From assembly GCA_018238545.1 (NCBI GenBank), contig JABCTC010000008.1:14264-78263 (forward strand): DNA of 64,000 nucleotides. Reading direction: 5' to 3'. The stretch comes from Candidatus Heimdallarchaeota archaeon (GTDB taxonomy: Archaea; Asgardarchaeota; Heimdallarchaeia; Heimdallarchaeales; Heimdallarchaeaceae). Shown here in pieces: positions 60,601-64,000 of this stretch (its first letter is position 1; every line of letters starts with the position of its first letter). Both the position numbers and the translations under genes were made by a program. The notes below the pieces were generated by a model. That model saw nothing but the letters and a program-made list of their open reading frames with translations. It did not search any database and was not told where the DNA came from.

Positions 60601-63600
60601 TCAGTGTTAATACGTGGAAATAAGTCCCAATTTACTGGATTAGAGAGTATAGAACCCCATTATTGCAAATTATATAAATCCATAAATTTGGGAGTAAATG
60701 TAGAAAACACAATAATAGACTTTCTCACTCAAATAGTAGATTTTTATAATGAACTATCTATAGTTCTTTACAATAAACATAATTTTGAAGCAACCAGTGT
60801 GAATTCAACAACAAATCACAAAAAAGTACCATTTAGTGTTGTTGGATTAAGAGAGAATTTAGCGAATATTAGAACCATTCTTGAAAGAGCAAATTTACTT
60901 GACTTGCTAATCACAGACATAACCTATAACTTAGAAATCATTTTAGAACGAAATCGTAAATATACCGAAGTTTTACCTTTTTTCAAGTTGCTTTTATATT
61001 CAGCGAACTTAGTCTTGATAGCGAATCAAGATTTGAAAAAAAAGAAAATTGTGAATCCTTCAGTAGATTTGCTATCCGAATTCTCTAAGTTTGATTTTCA
61101 AGATACATTAAACCTTATTACTTCTTTTTGTGGAATTGAACTACTTGGTGAAAAAGAATTCAAGAACGGCAAGATTATAAGAAATGGTATTTTAAAATTT
61201 AATGAACAAATAGGAGAAGTAGAACTTCACAGACCATATTTTGAAAATTTTCTTTCAAAAATTACTATTAAAATTGATGAAAACTCTATCATTAATTACT
61301 TCTATAAGGGGCATTCAGGGATTGATGAAATGCTTCCGAATATTTTTCTTGAAGTGAAATATAGTTCTTCCTTGAATGATGTTCTGAACAATTTTACTTA
61401 TAAAACAATATCATCAAGTACTTACCATATCAAAAATAGATATATTAGAGGTTTAGAGATCGATCCTCTTATGATTCTTTTTGGTGCAATAAAAATACCT
61501 CTAATCATTAAATCGAAAAATAGTAACTACAATTTGTATGATATCTCAAACTACAAAGATCTCTTTGAACTGTATTTTTCACTAACAAATGATAAAAAGA
61601 AAAAAAACGTTTTGAGTACTTTAATACCTTCATTTCAAGAGTATTTTAAATATAGATCGAAGGAATATGGTTTTGGTCAAAGAATGATGTTATTAAGGAC
61701 TTTAGCAAGTAAGAGTAACTTATTAACTCCTGAAAAACTCATAAGATTTGTTTCATTTTTGCAACTTCATACACTTGTAAAGGACGGTTTACTTACTAAA
61801 TTCTTATTCTTTAACATTGGGAAAAATAACAGATTCATAATGCACAAAATAAACACAATAACTGGGCACTCTACTGATTTTGTCACAGATAGTCCCTTCT
61901 ATCTAGAATCTAACTCAGCTTACATAAGTTATAGAACTGATCAAGTTGGTAAATTTTTAACATATTTAGGTGTTACAGAATGTCCAGATGATGTAAAATT
62001 TACCGGATGCATGGAAAAATCCTATGAAGTTATTGATGGTGATTTTGCTTCTGGCTTTATTTTCTTTTATTATAAAAATAAGACACATCGCAAATATGTC
62101 CTTGGTTATTGTGTTCTGAATGAATTTGTCCAAGACTTTGCCCGAATGAAATTTTCTAAATATCTACTAGATGGAAGTATAAATCCTTTTAATGATCCCT
62201 TTGATGTGCAATTGGAACTAACGACTTACAGAGTGTCTCCTTTTAATGAGTTTAAGTTTGAGTATTCACTAGGTAAAGAAACCTTTGTTTCATTGGATGC
62301 CATTGATACAGATTTAGTGGCATGTAAACTTGAAAAAATATCCATTTATTCTTTTCTTTTTAAAACAAAAAACCAACAAACAGACGACATAATATGGAAA
62401 CAAAAGGAAGTTGAGTTTAGTCCTTATAGTTTTGATAAATTGTTGAAATATTCTTCAGAAATTGGAAATAAGGAGAAAGAGTTTATCTATATGACTTTTT
62501 TGGATGTAGAAGGCAGTCATCTTTTCTCTAGTTATTCTCCCTATTTTAGATTCGATCGAGGATTCGGGCAATGCTACTTTGGTGGAGATCATAAGAATGT
62601 TACTCCTTCTATGAAGGCTTTAAAACGAGCTGAAATGGCTCTATTTATAGAAGCACGAAAAACTAAAGGATTAATCTATACTTATGATGGATTCCAATAC
62701 CATTTTGAACTTACAACTGTTCCTATTAACATAGCGATATCCCAATTAATTAGTATTAAGAGGAAGCTTACCTCTATTTTGCGAAATATTAAAGATAAGA
62801 ATATATCCTCTTCTGATTTAAATTATGCTAGAAATCTGTTTGTTCTTTTGTATCAAAACCATGCCATTGACTATGAACGATTTAAGGGAATAGCACAAAT
62901 TAAGGATTACGATGAGTTATTCTCTATTCAAAACCTCTCTAAGTCTTTAAGTCTACTTATAAATAAGATTGGAGAGACTATGAATTATTACTGGGAATTG
63001 TATCTTCATGCACCATTTTTATTTGCAAATGTGAATACTTATTGTGATGAATTTGGTATTGAACAAATATATTATCGTAATGTAATTTATAACGGAATAA
63101 CAAATGTAATTCCAGATCATAATCCAATTGGACAAAGTTTGTTCATTCTTACAGATTTAGAAAATAGTAATATTAAGAATTTTACTCAGAGATTCAAGAA
63201 ACTAAAAAATTTCAATGGGTATGAATTTAGTAGAAAGACAAATTCAGAAACATATACGCAAATAGATTATGTTTATGATTCACCTTTTTCTTTCATTCAT
63301 AATGTTACTATTGCTGACAATCTGTCATCTATAAATGGTTATCAGGATTTTATCGTGAATTGTGGTCTAATTAATTTAAAAAATTCAAAGATATTGCATC
63401 TCCTTTTTGGTAATAGTGTAGAATATAAATCTAGAAATAATTTTTATAGATTGATAAAACTAGTCAAAGATTATAATAGGGCATTATATTATAATGAAGT
63501 AGAAGAATCGTATTTTTCAGTAGATTCTAAAAACATTGAAGAAATAATCGCCCTTATTGATAAAGGAAATACCCATAAATTATCGAAATTTGATGAACTC

Positions 63601-64000
63601 TATATCTATACACACATGAAACATATAATGTCTTCTTTGCAAAGGGATTTAACCTGCAATAATGAGCTAAGAAGTGCACTAAATAGATGTTCAAATACGA
63701 AAAAAAGAATTGATGTAATTTATGGGTGGGTAAAACAGCACTATATTGATACTAATGAATTATTAAATACTCTTTCTAATAATCAAATGGTATATTTTTT
63801 CAAAAATTACCCGACTCGTGGTCATAGTGCATCTATTGAAGCTACATTGTTTACCTATTCCTATTTTGTTGATAGAATAAAAAACATGCACAGAAGGGAG
63901 GAATTTATTTATCTAAGAGAGGATTTGATTAAAGTAGAACGAGGCGAGATTTACCTTAATGAATTCCTTTTCAAAACTGTAAAATTGATGGTCGAAAAAA
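57694..64000 (+). CDS. Giant (more than 2100 aa, 3'-truncated by the window end) membrane protein: signal peptide, roughly 540-aa glycosylation-sequon-rich ectodomain, 6 TM helices, and a cytoplasmic domain of over 1400 aa with unknown function
   Basis: Manual codon-by-codon read: ATG at 57694 and no in-frame stop through 63999. Absent from the ORF track because there is no stop within the window. N-terminal MKKVKLKVILILLSINLVLVNL signal. TM cluster at about aa 565-780. Confidence 0.7.
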   Translation, partial: MKKVKLKVILILLSINLVLVNLTVSSSDYSNSEQFEQVSSLLPEDIVFTYNSSFCSQEFSFETSIQLDSFNSFILFFATSGDKTTSEGIKVTLSLEKVEVVFNIERLFQDTFNHNLTQAFSYPEFVNGKMNITITCEAQTSSSYYSGSLRIFSQTKTEKIIPPTITESSSPLPVVPNWLEFKGSISTPEIRSIRTAFNNSNNFEKLNLTISFRASDFSAYLRQFEVKLNENVISTKDFKNNQLTEEKFFFSIDPGLNFLTINFIVELCMDTIQLTNICLIGNGMNVENILPANTYDWLAWENNDVNYVFDLSSFKPVSIGLEQILQIGIKYGCFGTDRPPELYYEVKLGMNVIDSGEISESEQISSPQTLLVHTPVTNYNDPLTFRIQGRAEGYGIFYILNTSYVTIEPLPELNEQNPLERELVEMEVHLTPLSEPLILIFRDFFKVNFSYLKCNISLSFSLTDEFGSSIRQINLLMKLNWQTVIDHPIAYEDQINVTESEILYNKMYAATITLSIYGDGHTITLSNLKYVLFPSNSNNITIPVPPTPPAESNSDKEPIHPSKLSLLFIEYGIIILGLTLLITRILSNREKKQENTDGETQVDDIEIQVVGNNTQHGHLSKLLQSTKDWYLKAKESLSRILLLPLTVVHVIANIICLSPIIDQLNEIAYRESQEVKLVVLGTVGFYCLMVSVYSSTFVAFSVFYLAFSDTFYEDLFQFTKILGYFVLILFFSSWITLFIYIQQNSPNLGMLGTLIVPFIFLGVIIFLVWLGKTKEKQFERLVKNFFKTGRIKVNNIRSNDNEADSMIEEESLSNTQYDTHFQKIVNLIIQDISIKLQVPVNRFTELLSISPRLAHRLLIDVSNKIPKLGKYYITEQIYIRSADSEIGVDTLEDRTEEKEGELISKYDKNSVNSEKTANNHDDMENQNNEKTSKKFKDYCDLDSKIKNETIKQIEEYSIYKDYNDGKILNSVLIRGNKSQFTGLESIEPHYCKLYKSINLGVNVENTIIDFLTQIVDFYNELSIVLYNKHNFEATSVNSTTNHKKVPFSVVGLRENLANIRTILERANLLDLLITDITYNLEIILERNRKYTEVLPFFKLLLYSANLVLIANQDLKKKKIVNPSVDLLSEFSKFDFQDTLNLITSFCGIELLGEKEFKNGKIIRNGILKFNEQIGEVELHRPYFENFLSKITIKIDENSIINYFYKGHSGIDEMLPNIFLEVKYSSSLNDVLNNFTYKTISSSTYHIKNRYIRGLEIDPLMILFGAIKIPLIIKSKNSNYNLYDISNYKDLFELYFSLTNDKKKKNVLSTLIPSFQEYFKYRSKEYGFGQRMMLLRTLASKSNLLTPEKLIRFVSFLQLHTLVKDGLLTKFLFFNIGKNNRFIMHKINTITGHSTDFVTDSPFYLESNSAYISYRTDQVGKFLTYLGVTECPDDVKFTGCMEKSYEVIDGDFASGFIFFYYKNKTHRKYVLGYCVLNEFVQDFARMKFSKYLLDGSINPFNDPFDVQLELTTYRVSPFNEFKFEYSLGKETFVSLDAIDTDLVACKLEKISIYSFLFKTKNQQTDDIIWKQKEVEFSPYSFDKLLKYSSEIGNKEKEFIYMTFLDVEGSHLFSSYSPYFRFDRGFGQCYFGGDHKNVTPSMKALKRAEMALFIEARKTKGLIYTYDGFQYHFELTTVPINIAISQLISIKRKLTSILRNIKDKNISSSDLNYARNLFVLLYQNHAIDYERFKGIAQIKDYDELFSIQNLSKSLSLLINKIGETMNYYWELYLHAPFLFANVNTYCDEFGIEQIYYRNVIYNGITNVIPDHNPIGQSLFILTDLENSNIKNFTQRFKKLKNFNGYEFSRKTNSETYTQIDYVYDSPFSFIHNVTIADNLSSINGYQDFIVNCGLINLKNSKILHLLFGNSVEYKSRNNFYRLIKLVKDYNRALYYNEVEESYFSVDSKNIEEIIALIDKGNTHKLSKFDELYIYTHMKHIMSSLQRDLTCNNELRSALNRCSNTKKRIDVIYGWVKQHYIDTNELLNTLSNNQMVYFFKNYPTRGHSASIEATLFTYSYFVDRIKNMHRREEFIYLREDLIKVERGEIYLNEFLFKTVKLMVEK

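Noticed and set aside
1-64000. CRISPR arrays, rRNA genes, and RNase P or SRP RNA.
   Set aside because: I saw no regularly spaced direct repeats and no rRNA-like or conserved structured-RNA signatures in the intergenic regions.

Overview
This is an AT-rich (about 30-35% GC), gene-dense archaeal chromosomal segment. The host is probably a TACK or Asgard archaeon, judging from ribosomal protein eL38 together with eS27, aIF2-alpha/Nop10, NAC-alpha and MBF1; that placement is an inference.

Most of the window is conserved housekeeping, in this order:
- a UDP-GlcNAc biosynthesis cluster (TrmB-family regulator, SIS-domain isomerase, GlmS, GlmU-like), with GlmM further on;
- replication and transcription genes (PAN, PCNA, a GINS subunit, TFS, TFE, MBF1, RpoL, RpoF);
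- a conserved information-processing stretch (L21e-RpoF-DUF655-KsgA) that runs into three further methyltransferases, plus Pus10-TrmY, SRP54, exosome Csl4 and aIF2-alpha-Nop10;
- A/V-type ATPase subunits scattered in three pieces (H?-F, A-B, D);
- four tRNA genes: Val(UAC), Leu(CAA), Pro(CGG), and an intron-containing Leu(UAA).

The accessory signals are:
- a GC-rich, N-terminally truncated TnpB (IS200/IS605) remnant with a terminal hairpin;
- a tRNA-Val gene followed 1.1 kb downstream by a 23-nt copy of its own 3' end, which looks like an attL/attR integration scar;
- a frameshifted comB-like gene;
- a proline-rich, membrane-anchored coiled-coil protein downstream of atpD;
- a bactofilin-like protein with an N-terminal SHOCT-like helix;
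- a secreted legumain-like (C13) peptidase.

The most notable signal is a terminal island from about 50.9 kb to the window end. It holds N-glycosylation-sequon-rich secreted and membrane proteins, a 592-aa and 114-aa pair of unknown function, and a giant ORF of more than 2100 aa. That ORF (signal peptide, ectodomain, six TM helices, large cytoplasmic domain) is absent from the supplied ORF track because it runs off the window end. I could not recognise any known domain in it, and it is the best candidate for an undescribed system here.
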